Shown here: positions 1 to 8,829 of the stretch, piece by piece
Layout: each line of letters opens with the position of its first letter
How positions within the stretch are numbered: position 1 is the first letter of the stretch
Assembly: GCA_964516605.1 (NCBI GenBank)
Contig: CAZFAA010000003.1
Span: 28,195-52,194, forward strand
Direction: 5' to 3'
DNA from: an uncultured Coxiella sp.
GTDB taxonomy: Bacteria; Pseudomonadota; Gammaproteobacteria; Coxiellales; Coxiellaceae
DNA: 24,000 nt
Program-made: the position numbers and the translations under genes
The notes under the pieces: generated by a model
Told to the model about the DNA's origin: nothing
What the model saw: the letters and a program-made list of their open reading frames with translations, nothing else
The model's database searches: none

Positions 1-174
1 AAAAGCCACCTTTTTATCTGATATACGCGAATCATTTTCGACAAGTGTGATCTGTAAGGGTACTAAAGATTGATCGCGTAATTGTTGGCGCACTTGACGA
101 GCGCTATCCGCTTCTGCCACTCCCTTTATTTTTTTACCAGCGCTATTAATGGCGGTGTATTGAAATGCGCTCAT
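1..174 (-). CDS. gspF: Type II secretion inner-membrane platform protein GspF, N-terminal 58 codons only (gene runs off the window start)
   Basis: The reverse-strand translation from ATG at 174..172 reads MSAFQYTAINSAGKKIKGVAEADSARQVRQQLRDQSLVPLQITLVENDSRISDKKVAF. This matches the canonical GspF/PilC N-terminus (F-Y-A-G-K-G-A-ARQVRQQLR). The start overlaps the gspE stop as TGATG, and the gene follows gspD-gspE in the usual order. It is absent from the ORF track because it is short and truncated. Confidence 0.85.
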   Translation of the reverse strand, partial: MSAFQYTAINSAGKKIKGVAEADSARQVRQQLRDQSLVPLQITLVENDSRISDKKVAF

Positions 175-1634
175 CAGCTGACCCTCAATACTTCTTCAAT
201 CGTTGTGAGTCCTGCCAGTACTTTGTTCCAGCCATCTTCGCGTATGCTCGGGGTGTTGATGCGTACGTGTTGTAGCATATTGGCTTCGCTTTCGTTGTCG
301 TGAATGTGCTTGCGTAATAGGTCGTCGATTTCAATGATTTCATAAATACCCATACGACCAACATAACCCGTTTGCGTACACTGTTCGCATCCTGTTGCAC
401 GGTAAATAATAGGGTCTAGGCTGCTATCCACGTGCATCAGCTCACGCTCTTTATCCGTCACAACCGCACCACTTTTACAGTGTGGGCACAGTACGCGCAC
501 TAAGCGCTGTGCTAAGACACCGATGACAGTTGATGCTAATAAAAACGGTTCAGTGCCCATATCACGTAAACGGGTGATGGCACCAATAGCATTGTTGGTA
601 TGCAGTGTGGATAACACAAGGTGCCCAGTCAAGCTGGCTTGGATCGACATTTCCACTGTCTCATAATCGCGAATTTCGCCGACCATCACGATATCGGGAT
701 CTTGACGTAAAATGGCCCTTAAACCGCGCGCAAACGTCATATCCACTTTCGTGTTGACTTGCGTCTGTCCAATTCCTTGCAAATAATATTCGATGGGATC
801 TTCCACTGTTAAAATATTGCGTTCTGAGTTATTCAGTTGTGTGAGCACCGCATACAGCGTGGTCGTTTTTCCAGAACCGGTTGGGCCTGTGACTAAAATA
901 ATACCGTGTGAATGACGAATTAAGCGCTCCATTTTCGCATAATCAGAATGCGACATACCAAGTTTTTTCAGATCCAGAGGCGTGCTTTGTTTATCCAGTA
1001 AGCGCAATACAATCCGCTCGCCATAATGTGTTGGAATCGTAGCAACACGCACATCCACAGAACGACCTGCAATACGCACAGAAATACGCCCATCTTGCGG
1101 CAGACGTTTTTCAGCAATGTATAATTTAGACATCACTTTAATACGTGAGGTAATCAGTGGTGCTAAAACATGTGGTGGATGCAACACAGCATGTAAAATA
1201 CCATCAACACGAAAGCGCACGGTTAAACGGTCTTCAAATGTTTCAAAATGAATATCGGATGCGCCTTGTTTTAAGGCTTGTGTAAACAGCGCGTTGATCA
1301 ATTTAATGATCGGTGCGTCATCATCACTTTCTAATAAATCACGTGTTTTGGGAATGGCATCCATCATTGCTTTCAGGTCAATATTGTCTTCTAGGCCGCT
1401 CATGGCCTCTATAGCAGAACTGCTGCTTTCATAGATGCGTGTCATCAGTATTTCAAATTCAGAAGAGCTGACTGCTTTTAAGGTTAAAGGCTTATTTAGC
1501 AAACGGCGTAATTCAATGAGGGTGTCAGCAGATAATTTCGATGTATGGGCAATATGGCACTGTGCTTCATCTTCGTTGGTGATGATGACGCCATACTGTT
1601 TAGCGAAGCCAAATGCGAGGCGCTCAATTGCCAT
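174..1634 (-). CDS. gspE: Type II secretion ATPase GspE (486 aa)
   Basis: Walker A motif GPTGSGKTT is present, along with Asp/His box regions (TVEDPIEY, LSTLHTN) and the tetracysteine CPHC...CEQC zinc motif typical of GspE. I place the start at ATG 1634 (MAIERLAFGFAKQYGV..., the GspE N1 domain) rather than the track start at 1727. The extra 31 residues there are Cys/Leu-rich and lie inside the gspD 3' end. Confidence 0.95.
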   Translation of the reverse strand: MAIERLAFGFAKQYGVIITNEDEAQCHIAHTSKLSADTLIELRRLLNKPLTLKAVSSSEFEILMTRIYESSSSAIEAMSGLEDNIDLKAMMDAIPKTRDLLESDDDAPIIKLINALFTQALKQGASDIHFETFEDRLTVRFRVDGILHAVLHPPHVLAPLITSRIKVMSKLYIAEKRLPQDGRISVRIAGRSVDVRVATIPTHYGERIVLRLLDKQSTPLDLKKLGMSHSDYAKMERLIRHSHGIILVTGPTGSGKTTTLYAVLTQLNNSERNILTVEDPIEYYLQGIGQTQVNTKVDMTFARGLRAILRQDPDIVMVGEIRDYETVEMSIQASLTGHLVLSTLHTNNAIGAITRLRDMGTEPFLLASTVIGVLAQRLVRVLCPHCKSGAVVTDKERELMHVDSSLDPIIYRATGCEQCTQTGYVGRMGIYEIIEIDDLLRKHIHDNESEANMLQHVRINTPSIREDGWNKVLAGLTTIEEVLRVS

Positions 1635-3783
1635 CGGAAGGTCTCGTGTTTGGAACAGCAGAAGGTTCAGGCAACATGGTTGCTGGCAGAGGACGGCCAT
1701 TATCAATATTAGGTAATATCGGAGCATCGTTTGGTGTTATGGTCGCGCCTGCTTTCGTTGCAATCATTTCTTTGCGAATGTAATGGTAACGACTCATGGT
1801 TTGCTTGTTGCGCTCGAAATCTGTATTGATAATCACCGGTTTTAAAAACACCATTAGATCTTTTTTCTCAACATCGTGATTGGTGTAACGGAACAACCGT
1901 CCTAATAAAGGAATGCTACCTAAGACGGGTACTTTTTCATTTTGTTTTTTTGCTTCGTGATCGATTAAGCCACCTAATACTAAGATATCGCCGCTGTGTA
2001 CCAACACATTGGTGGTAATTTGGCTCGTATCGATTACAGGATTGCTATTATTCGGATCCGCATTGGTCAGATCGGTTGCCAGTGAGTCATCTTTTTGCAG
2101 AATGTTCAGACGCAGTGTGTGATTCGGGCTAATAGAAGGCGTCACTGTTAATGACAGCGTCACATCGGTACGTTGAATGGTATTAAATGGTACGCCGAGG
2201 CTCTGATCGCCATTAATACCAGTTGCATTGCTGTTATCGTATTGACGATTCACGAGCCCAACGTTTTGACCATCCGAAATTGTCGCTTTTTGGCCATCCA
2301 ATACCACGATAGATGGTGTTGATAAAATATCTGTTGAGCCGTCACTATTGAGTGCATGGATCAATGCTTGCAGGCTGCTATTTTGTAAAAAGCCGACACC
2401 GCCTGGCGCTAGCTTCAATGCAACCGTACTATTTGGGGTCGGATTGATACTGGGCGACACGATACCTGCTGCATCAGGCGAGCCATTACCATTCAAAGCG
2501 GTACCCCACACAATACCCAATTGATTGAGGAGGTTTTCATTCATCTTCACAATCACCGCCTCAACAAGTACTTGTTGTGGTTTGACATCCAGGTGTTGGA
2601 TGATGCTGAGCAATTGCGCCATGACATCAGCTGGTGCGCGGATAATTAAGGAATTATCATTATCTGGCTCTGCTTGCACAGAAACAGTGTTATCTGGTGT
2701 TATTGCGCCGCCACCATCATTACTACCCAATTTAGCTTTCGCATCTGTTGCTTGACCAATCGCTACTTTATTGAGTACGGGTGCGAGTTTTTTAGCACTT
2801 AAATAATTTAAATAGACAACACGCGATACATTCGGATTGCTGCTAGCACGACTGTCCATTTGTTCAATTAATACTTTGGTGGTGTAAATATTACTGAGAT
2901 TGCCGCTGATTAGAATGCTGTTGCTTAAGCTATCTGCTGCGACGGATACATTCGGTGTTTTACCCAGCGCGCGATCACTACTTTGTAATTTGTTAATCAC
3001 ATCTACAATATCAGCAGCGTTAGCGCGTTTTAATGTCACGATGGAGGTGGCGTTTTCAGATTGGCTATCCATTTTCTGAATTAATTTAATTAGTTGACTA
3101 ATATTGCTGGCGGTGCTTGCTAAAATGAGTGCGTTAGACGGAGAGTAGGCAGTGATGCTGGACCATTGTGGCATTAAGGGCCGCAGGACCGGAATTAGCT
3201 GAATCGCTGATACATTATTAATTGGGACTATGCGCACGACCAATTCATCGCCAGCTCCAGGATTGAATTGACTGGCTACCGTAGCGTTCATCGCATTGGC
3301 ATCGACCGAGGGGACAATTTTAACAACAGAGCCATTAGGGACGGCCGAGTAATTGAGTACTTGCAGCATCGATAGAAAAGCATTGTAAAGTTCGCTGACC
3401 GACATGGCATGCTGTGAAATAAATGTTACCTGGCCTTGTACGCGCGGATCAATGATAAATGTCTTGCCTGTAATCAGTGATACGGTTTGAATGATCGCAC
3501 GAATATCAGCGTTTTTGAGATTCCACACCTGCTGGCTTAGTATCTGTTGCCCCATGGGTGAGGCTGCCGTCGTGGGCAGGTCTATAGGTGTAGCGCCCGT
3601 GCGCGAGTTTGTGAGCGTTGGACTCACAGCTGAAGCATGAGGAGCTAAGCCAGCGGCCACTTGGCTTAGAGGCGATGAGGCTGGCATCTGCAAGTCTGCG
3701 AGGGCCGACACGAAAGGTAGGGCCATTGCGCCTAACATGGCTATGACACAATAAATGCTTTTTTTGATCAGTTTATGGAGCAC
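1624..3783 (-). CDS. gspD: Type II secretion outer-membrane secretin GspD (719 aa)
   Basis: The protein has an N-terminal signal peptide (MLHKLIKKSIYCVIAMLGAMALPFVSALA) and repeated N-domains. The C-terminal secretin domain carries VPVLGSIPLLGRLFRY. The start is GTG at 3783, preceded by AAGGA 7 nt upstream. The 3' end overlaps the gspE start by 11 nt. Confidence 0.95.
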   Translation of the reverse strand: MLHKLIKKSIYCVIAMLGAMALPFVSALADLQMPASSPLSQVAAGLAPHASAVSPTLTNSRTGATPIDLPTTAASPMGQQILSQQVWNLKNADIRAIIQTVSLITGKTFIIDPRVQGQVTFISQHAMSVSELYNAFLSMLQVLNYSAVPNGSVVKIVPSVDANAMNATVASQFNPGAGDELVVRIVPINNVSAIQLIPVLRPLMPQWSSITAYSPSNALILASTASNISQLIKLIQKMDSQSENATSIVTLKRANAADIVDVINKLQSSDRALGKTPNVSVAADSLSNSILISGNLSNIYTTKVLIEQMDSRASSNPNVSRVVYLNYLSAKKLAPVLNKVAIGQATDAKAKLGSNDGGGAITPDNTVSVQAEPDNDNSLIIRAPADVMAQLLSIIQHLDVKPQQVLVEAVIVKMNENLLNQLGIVWGTALNGNGSPDAAGIVSPSINPTPNSTVALKLAPGGVGFLQNSSLQALIHALNSDGSTDILSTPSIVVLDGQKATISDGQNVGLVNRQYDNSNATGINGDQSLGVPFNTIQRTDVTLSLTVTPSISPNHTLRLNILQKDDSLATDLTNADPNNSNPVIDTSQITTNVLVHSGDILVLGGLIDHEAKKQNEKVPVLGSIPLLGRLFRYTNHDVEKKDLMVFLKPVIINTDFERNKQTMSRYHYIRKEMIATKAGATITPNDAPILPNIDNGRPLPATMLPEPSAVPNTRPSDGN

Positions 3784-3910
3784 ATTTAATCCTTTACTTG
3801 GTTCAAGAATTGACCGATTCTAGCATGATTATTCTGAAGTTATAACCCCATTTGTGCATTTTTTTAACAAAAAATACAATACACATTCAATAGCTTAGGC
3901 ACCAATGCCG

Positions 3911-3947
3911 TCAACTGAACAAGGACTTACAGGTTTTGTTCAGTTGA
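3911..3947. repeat. Perfect 12-bp inverted repeat (tcaactgaacaa / ttgttcagttga) with a 13-nt spacer, in the intergenic region
   Basis: Read directly from the sequence: arms at 3911..3922 and 3936..3947 are exact reverse complements. The repeat lies 79 nt downstream of the stop of the 857-aa gene and 128 nt upstream of the gspD start. No U-tract follows on either strand. Its function (T-tract-less terminator hairpin or operator) is unknown. Confidence 0.6.
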
Positions 3948-4025
3948 GGTTTACCGCCTAGGGCCTACTTACAACCATTCAATTGTAAAAAGACCCTAAT
4001 CATTACTGATGAAATCTGGGGTCAT

Positions 4026-6599
4026 TCATCGAGTAAGCATGGCTGGATTTTTGTAATATTGCTGTACCTGATAGATAAACCAGTTATCGTCCGGTGTTGT
4101 CATATAGGTGTCGGGGTCCGATGTTTTATCGGTTACAGCGGTTGCAGCACCTTGAGGGTTGCTGTGTGTAGACGCCCCAACGCCAGCACCAAATAGTATG
4201 GCGATGACATGATCTTGTGCGGCATGAGTCATATGGCTATTCCACGTTACTGCAGAGCCTTTCACTGTGACGCCGTTTTCATGATCTGGACAAGCGAAGT
4301 AAGGCATTTCTTGCTGATTTATAATGCAGGTAGTTTTTTCATCGCTGGCAGCTGTGCGTGGGTTGGTTTGCTTACCTATTGTAAAATCTTCGCCTAAGAA
4401 ATAAGGCGCCGAACTGCCCTCATACTGTGTCGACACATCTTGCAGGTTAGCAAAAGGTACACCCGTATAAGGCGAATTGGTGCGACTACCGTTCAAGTGC
4501 CCAACTGGTAATTGCCACAATACAATCGGTAGATTGGTAACACCAGCGACATTTGGGTAGGCCAGCGTGCTGGCAAATGCTAAGTAATTATCGTAGAGGT
4601 CGGCATTCCAAAACCAAGATGATTCAGCGGGTTTATCCGCATCCCCAGGTTGATAGCCTGCGCCATCCAAACCGTATTTATCAATCGATATAAATGAGTT
4701 GTCCCACAGTGCTGGAGTCGCAGAAGGTCGAATACCCACAGCCTGCCCTTGCTGTGCCAATATTTTTGCATTATTAATCACGGTGGCAGGATCTTTATGA
4801 ATGATGCCAGTGCCGTTGTTATCGGGACTTGCCCATAAATTCATTTGCCAACCAACCACGGCAGTACCGTTAGAATATTTCCACAACACATAATTCACGG
4901 CTTGGACAAAACCTTGCAGTGTATTCGGGAAATTATGCTTGGTTTTATTCACGAGCATGCGTGCCTTGGGTATATTTTGCTGTTGTGAATAGGGCACGTT
5001 AATACTGGAAGGATCAATAGGTGCAGGAGTGGTATACAGTGCATCCAACGCAGCAGGCATGTTCACCGGTTCTTTTAAATCATGTAGCATATAGCCCAAC
5101 ATGTCAGGTTCAATAATGAAACCAACAGGTGTGTTACCTGCTTGCGCATGAGCGATTTGCGCCGCTTTTGCTAAGTGCAAAAAGTAGCTGCCCATGAATG
5201 CTTTATTTTGTAAATTATCTCTCACATGCTGTTGGTTATCCTGCCCACCATTGACGTTGTATTCGACAAAGAATGGCATTTGTCCGAGTTCAAGGCCATT
5301 TTGTAAGAAGCTTGCTTCACGTGGTGCCCAACCTTGTTCGTTACCATTCGACCATTGGTTCAAATAAATGTAGCGAATATCCACGCGACGATTTTGATCA
5401 GGACTATCTGAGTTGAAGTGTCGCCAGTAATTGATTGCATCACTATTATCTTCTGTCACCGAGCCGATGGCGACATAGTTAGGTAACGCTGCGTTTAAGC
5501 GCTGACTGGGCGTGAAGCTCATGGGTTTCGTATTAAATTTACGATCGACAATGGTAAAGCCGATGTAACGCACATTGCCGTTGCTATCGGTAATACGTAA
5601 GCTGCTACGTCCGGGCGTCAGTGATTTAGGCGTGATGGCGAAAGAACCTGTGGTGTCAGTGGTTCTTGGTGCATCTGTAAATAAGCCCGGATTGCTCCAA
5701 GCCAATGTGTAGGTGCTCGCAGTAGGTAATGTTGAGTCTGTGATCGTAAATTTAAATGACACGTTTGCGGCGGTCAATGCGATGTTTGGTGTTTTTTGCG
5801 CGCTGGTGTCAGCTGTAGCTTTACCTTGTGATTGTGGATCTGCTGTGACAGTTATCGCAGACGTCAGCCCCGTTGCACCGGCAAGATCAACGTCATAATC
5901 TTTCGTTGTTTGCCCTTTATCGTTGCTGAATACAACGCTGTATTTGTGTTTGGTAATTGTAGTGGGTCCAAATTCCAGGGTCGTGACTTGCTGCTCTTGT
6001 GAGCCACTGCTGTAATTTGGAAATGTATAGCTGTGGTTGCAGGTCGTTGGTATGGGTGTGGTGCCGCCTTTAGGGTCCAGAGCAGCGAGGCAGATTTTTT
6101 GCCCGTCTTGTGTGACATCGAGGTAGTGGGCCTGATAACCCCACCACATACTGTAATCAATTTTAACGTACTCTTTGCCGATACTGGGTGCACGGCTGCT
6201 CGAGTCATCTGCGGTGCTGAGTACAAAACCAGACGGTATCGTAGGATTGCCTTCACTACCAGGAGTAGGTTGTGGTCCTGCGCCACCTTGGCAGCTGCCT
6301 GTCAGTGGTGCAATCGAGAGGGTGTTACCTGTGATATTCAGGTATTGCGCTGCCGAAACATTGGGAACAGTACCAATATCTTTACCAGACCAGTCAGCAA
6401 TCGCATCGCCACTGTGCGCAAGCACCAGACTCTGACCAGGATGGATTGTCGTTCCAGCAGAACCACCTGGAACATAATTCAATCGGTAATAGGTGTCTGC
6501 TTTAATGCAAATGGAGTCCTGCGCGTAACTCGTTGTTGCGGTAAGACCAACGAATATTAAGGAACATAACGATAAGGAAAGCGTGGGGAGCTTAAGCAT
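4026..6599 (-). CDS. Large secreted multi-domain protein of unknown function (857 aa). It has a Sec signal peptide, Thr/Ser-rich beta-type N-terminal modules, and a roughly 440-aa C-terminal domain with TIM-barrel-like strand periodicity.
   Basis: This is a long uninterrupted ORF. I place the start at ATG 6599 (AGGTGA 6 nt upstream), which gives MLKLPTLSLSLCSLIFVGLTATTSYA/QD, a classical signal peptide. The track start at 6752 adds 51 residues with no signal-like or conserved character. The mature protein has exactly six Cys in three sequential pairs, and a Pro-rich linker (GAGPQPTPGSEGNPTIPSG). The C-terminal region has hydrophobic strand-like blocks: IRYIYLN, MPFFVEYN, VGFIIEPD, VVGWQMNLW, FISIDKYG, PIVLWQLPVGH, AILFGAG. 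I cannot assign a family from memory. Confidence 0.85.
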   Translation of the reverse strand: MLKLPTLSLSLCSLIFVGLTATTSYAQDSICIKADTYYRLNYVPGGSAGTTIHPGQSLVLAHSGDAIADWSGKDIGTVPNVSAAQYLNITGNTLSIAPLTGSCQGGAGPQPTPGSEGNPTIPSGFVLSTADDSSSRAPSIGKEYVKIDYSMWWGYQAHYLDVTQDGQKICLAALDPKGGTTPIPTTCNHSYTFPNYSSGSQEQQVTTLEFGPTTITKHKYSVVFSNDKGQTTKDYDVDLAGATGLTSAITVTADPQSQGKATADTSAQKTPNIALTAANVSFKFTITDSTLPTASTYTLAWSNPGLFTDAPRTTDTTGSFAITPKSLTPGRSSLRITDSNGNVRYIGFTIVDRKFNTKPMSFTPSQRLNAALPNYVAIGSVTEDNSDAINYWRHFNSDSPDQNRRVDIRYIYLNQWSNGNEQGWAPREASFLQNGLELGQMPFFVEYNVNGGQDNQQHVRDNLQNKAFMGSYFLHLAKAAQIAHAQAGNTPVGFIIEPDMLGYMLHDLKEPVNMPAALDALYTTPAPIDPSSINVPYSQQQNIPKARMLVNKTKHNFPNTLQGFVQAVNYVLWKYSNGTAVVGWQMNLWASPDNNGTGIIHKDPATVINNAKILAQQGQAVGIRPSATPALWDNSFISIDKYGLDGAGYQPGDADKPAESSWFWNADLYDNYLAFASTLAYPNVAGVTNLPIVLWQLPVGHLNGSRTNSPYTGVPFANLQDVSTQYEGSSAPYFLGEDFTIGKQTNPRTAASDEKTTCIINQQEMPYFACPDHENGVTVKGSAVTWNSHMTHAAQDHVIAILFGAGVGASTHSNPQGAATAVTDKTSDPDTYMTTPDDNWFIYQVQQYYKNPAMLTR

Positions 6600-6816
6600 T
6601 TTTTCACCTATTTTTTTATGCAGCAAGATGCGGCCATAGTAACGTACTAAGATTAAGGGAAGATTAAAAAGCCAAGCTATTATGAGTGCATGGGTTCCCG
6701 TATAACTTGGGTATGCGTCTTTAGCGGTACATACCGCAGGCCGCGAGAGCAACTCATTCGAGCCACTTCAGGATGCTATTTGCACCGTGAAGTGGAATGG
6801 ATATACTCATAATGCC

Positions 6817-7176
6817 TTAGGCGATGCTCACGGTTTCGGCTGTTACCAGTGCGTGTTTTAGGTCGACAATCACAGGCTTTACTGTTTCGCGTGCGTCGAT
6901 GATGGCGTAGGAAATAATAAAAATCTCATCGCCTACTTCACATTTACGTGCTGCAGGACCATTTAAACCAAACACACCACTACCCGCTTTACCCGTAATA
7001 ACATAGGTTTCAAGGCGTTCGCCATTATTTAAATTCACAATCTGTACTTTCTCATTTTCGCGAATATTGGCTTGTTGCATAATGTCGCTATCGATCGTGA
7101 TGCTGCCAACGTAAAATAAATCTTTGTGTGTGATCTTAGCGTAGGCTATTTTAGATTTTAACGTGGTAATTTGCAT
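6817..7176 (-). CDS. panD: Aspartate 1-decarboxylase proenzyme PanD (119 aa)
   Basis: The protein aligns along its full length with E. coli PanD. This includes the self-cleavage site (FYVGS/ITID, the Gly-Ser equivalent) and the [12 protein letters not shown] region. An AAGAGGA RBS lies 4 nt upstream. Confidence 0.95.
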   Translation of the reverse strand: MQITTLKSKIAYAKITHKDLFYVGSITIDSDIMQQANIRENEKVQIVNLNNGERLETYVITGKAGSGVFGLNGPAARKCEVGDEIFIISYAIIDARETVKPVIVDLKHALVTAETVSIA

Positions 7177-7195
7177 GCAGTCCTCTTATTATGAA

Positions 7196-7963
7196 TTATG
7201 AATTAGGATGTATTGTGACGGCATCAATGAGGCGAATATCATCAATGTGTACGGCCGCCAATACATAGTTTTGATAGTGTTCGATATAATCTATTTTAAT
7301 GTGCTGCTCAGTCAATATTTTTTTGATGGTTTCAATATCACGATGGCTTTGCAGTGTTTGAGCAAAAAATTCAGCACGCTGTTTTTGTTCGGCATTAAGC
7401 CGCGTATTGCGTGAACTGAGCGCTAAACCTGAAGCTTCACGTACCGTCGGGCACGAAACAATCTTTATATCCATAAAAAAAGCCGCTGCCATGCGTTGAA
7501 TAAGCAAAAATTGTTGCAAATCTTTTTCACCAAAATAAGCAGTGTGTGGGCGCACAATATGGAATAATTTCATCACCACAGACAACACCCCATCGTAATG
7601 CCCAGGCCGGTATTCGCCTTCGTATAATTGAGATAACGGATCTTGTGTGGTCACACGGAAATGATAAGCATCGGGGTACATCTGATCTCGATCAGGAATT
7701 AAAACACAGTCTACTCCAAGCGTTTTTGCCAATTCTAAATCTGCCTCAAGTGTTTTAGGGTAATTGTGCAGATCAGCGGAGTTGTTAAATTGCGTAGGGT
7801 TTACAAAAATACTCAAAATAGTGTGTGTATTGTCACGCACAGAACGCTCGATCAGTGACGCATGTCCGGCGTGTAAGCAACCCATGGTCGCGACAAAACC
7901 AATCGACACATTCAGCTCGCGGCGTAGTGTTTGGAATTCGTGAATGTTGCTGATGACTTTCAT
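7196..7963 (-). CDS. panC: Pantoate--beta-alanine ligase (pantothenate synthetase) PanC (255 aa)
   Basis: The HIGH-like motif TMGCLHAGHASL is present, as are FVNPTQF and the downstream GEKDLQQ motif. Start ATG 7963 (MKVISNIHEFQTLRREL) aligns with the E. coli PanC N-terminus. The track start at 8056 is a TTG that adds 31 unconserved residues. Confidence 0.93.
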   Translation of the reverse strand: MKVISNIHEFQTLRRELNVSIGFVATMGCLHAGHASLIERSVRDNTHTILSIFVNPTQFNNSADLHNYPKTLEADLELAKTLGVDCVLIPDRDQMYPDAYHFRVTTQDPLSQLYEGEYRPGHYDGVLSVVMKLFHIVRPHTAYFGEKDLQQFLLIQRMAAAFFMDIKIVSCPTVREASGLALSSRNTRLNAEQKQRAEFFAQTLQSHRDIETIKKILTEQHIKIDYIEHYQNYVLAAVHIDDIRLIDAVTIHPNS

Positions 7964-8046
7964 AACGTTTTTCTCTAAAAAATGTGAGCAGGTGAGGGTA
8001 TTATGGGCACTGCTGTAATGCCACAATTTCTTACCTGAATTGTCGA

Positions 8047-8829
8047 TTAGAAACAATGTTCCTCGATGCTAGGAAACGCACAACTTTTGACGTCTTGATC
8101 GTACGCTTGCAGTGCGTTACGACACAGCTCATAACCATTCAGGTATTTTTTTAGAAATTTCAGTTTGAGTGTGTTTTGCAGGCCAAGCATGTCATGCCAT
8201 ACTAATACCTGTCCATCTGTATACGGGCCTGCGCCAATTCCAATAGTTGGAATAGACAGCTTTTGTGTGATCTCTTGTGCAAGGTGATAGGGCACACATT
8301 CTAAAACCAGCATAAAACAACCTGCTTCTTGTAATTGCAGCGCTTGTTCCAGGAGTTGTGTTTTAGCACGCTCTGTTTTACCCTGAACTTTAAATCCGCC
8401 TAAGGTGTTAACATGCTGTGGCGTCAAACCAATGTGACCTACAACCGGAACACCTGAATGCACGGTATGTGTGATGGCGTTAAGATTGCCGTGAGCGCCT
8501 TCAAGCTTAACCGCATTCGCACCAGCTTGAACGAGGCGTTCAATATTATCTAGCGTATTTTCCAATGATTTACGGTAACTCATAAAGGGTAGGTCAGCGA
8601 CAATAAATTTTTTGCTACCACGTCGAACGGCTTGTGTGTGCAGTACCATCATGTCGACCGTTGCGGTGGTCGTATCTGTGTGCCCATGTACTGACATGGC
8701 AACACTATCGCCGACTAATAAACAATCTATAGTTGTTGAATCGACGATACACGCACTGGGGTAATCATAACAGGTGATCATCGTGATTTTTTGCTGCCCT
8801 TTGCATTTTTGAAAATCAAGTATGTTCAT
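8047..8829 (-). CDS. panB: 3-methyl-2-oxobutanoate hydroxymethyltransferase PanB (260 aa)
   Basis: Conserved motifs are ITCYDY, LVGDS, ADLPF and AVKLEG. The preferred start is ATG 8829 (MNILDFQKCKGQQKITMITCYDY), which aligns with E. coli residues about 5-27. An alternative upstream ATG at 8868 would add 13 residues. Confidence 0.93.
   Translation of the reverse strand: MNILDFQKCKGQQKITMITCYDYPSACIVDSTTIDCLLVGDSVAMSVHGHTDTTTATVDMMVLHTQAVRRGSKKFIVADLPFMSYRKSLENTLDNIERLVQAGANAVKLEGAHGNLNAITHTVHSGVPVVGHIGLTPQHVNTLGGFKVQGKTERAKTQLLEQALQLQEAGCFMLVLECVPYHLAQEITQKLSIPTIGIGAGPYTDGQVLVWHDMLGLQNTLKLKFLKKYLNGYELCRNALQAYDQDVKSCAFPSIEEHCF

Noticed and set aside
1635-1727. Extended GspE N-terminus (MLRYYLILIMAVLCQQPCC...).
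   Set aside because: This stretch lies wholly inside the gspD 3' end and is Cys/Leu-rich, with no similarity to GspE. The conserved N1 domain begins at Met 1634.
5100-5135. Assignment of the secreted protein to glycoside hydrolase family 6 on the basis of the IIEPDMLG motif.
   Set aside because: The match to the GH6 pattern (hydrophobic x4-E-P-D-[SAL]-[LI]-[PSAG]) as I remember it is only partial. The second GH6 signature (RDC-containing) is absent. This is not enough for a family call.
5713-6560. Several 60-175-aa ORFs on both strands inside the 857-aa gene (for example 6033..6560 +, 5864..6286 -, 6175..6435 +).
   Set aside because: They are fully nested in a much longer ORF with strong coding features. 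They have Arg/Cys-rich compositions typical of off-frame translation and no RBS or recognisable motifs.
6600-6752. The track extends the large ORF to 908 aa, starting at 6752 (MLSRPAVCTAKD...).
   Set aside because: The internal ATG at 6599 has a good AGGTGA RBS and immediately yields a canonical signal peptide. The 51 extra residues have no signal-like or conserved character and would bury the signal peptide.
6763-6795. An 8-bp inverted repeat (ccacttca ... tgaagtgg, 17-nt loop) just downstream of panD, as a possible terminator.
   Set aside because: The stem is short, the loop is large and no T-run follows on the minus strand, so it could easily be chance. Not reported as a feature.
7964-8056. 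Extended PanC start at TTG 8056, overlapping panB.
   Set aside because: The 31 extra residues have no counterpart in E. coli PanC. ATG 7963 aligns with the known N-terminus. I cannot completely exclude the longer form.
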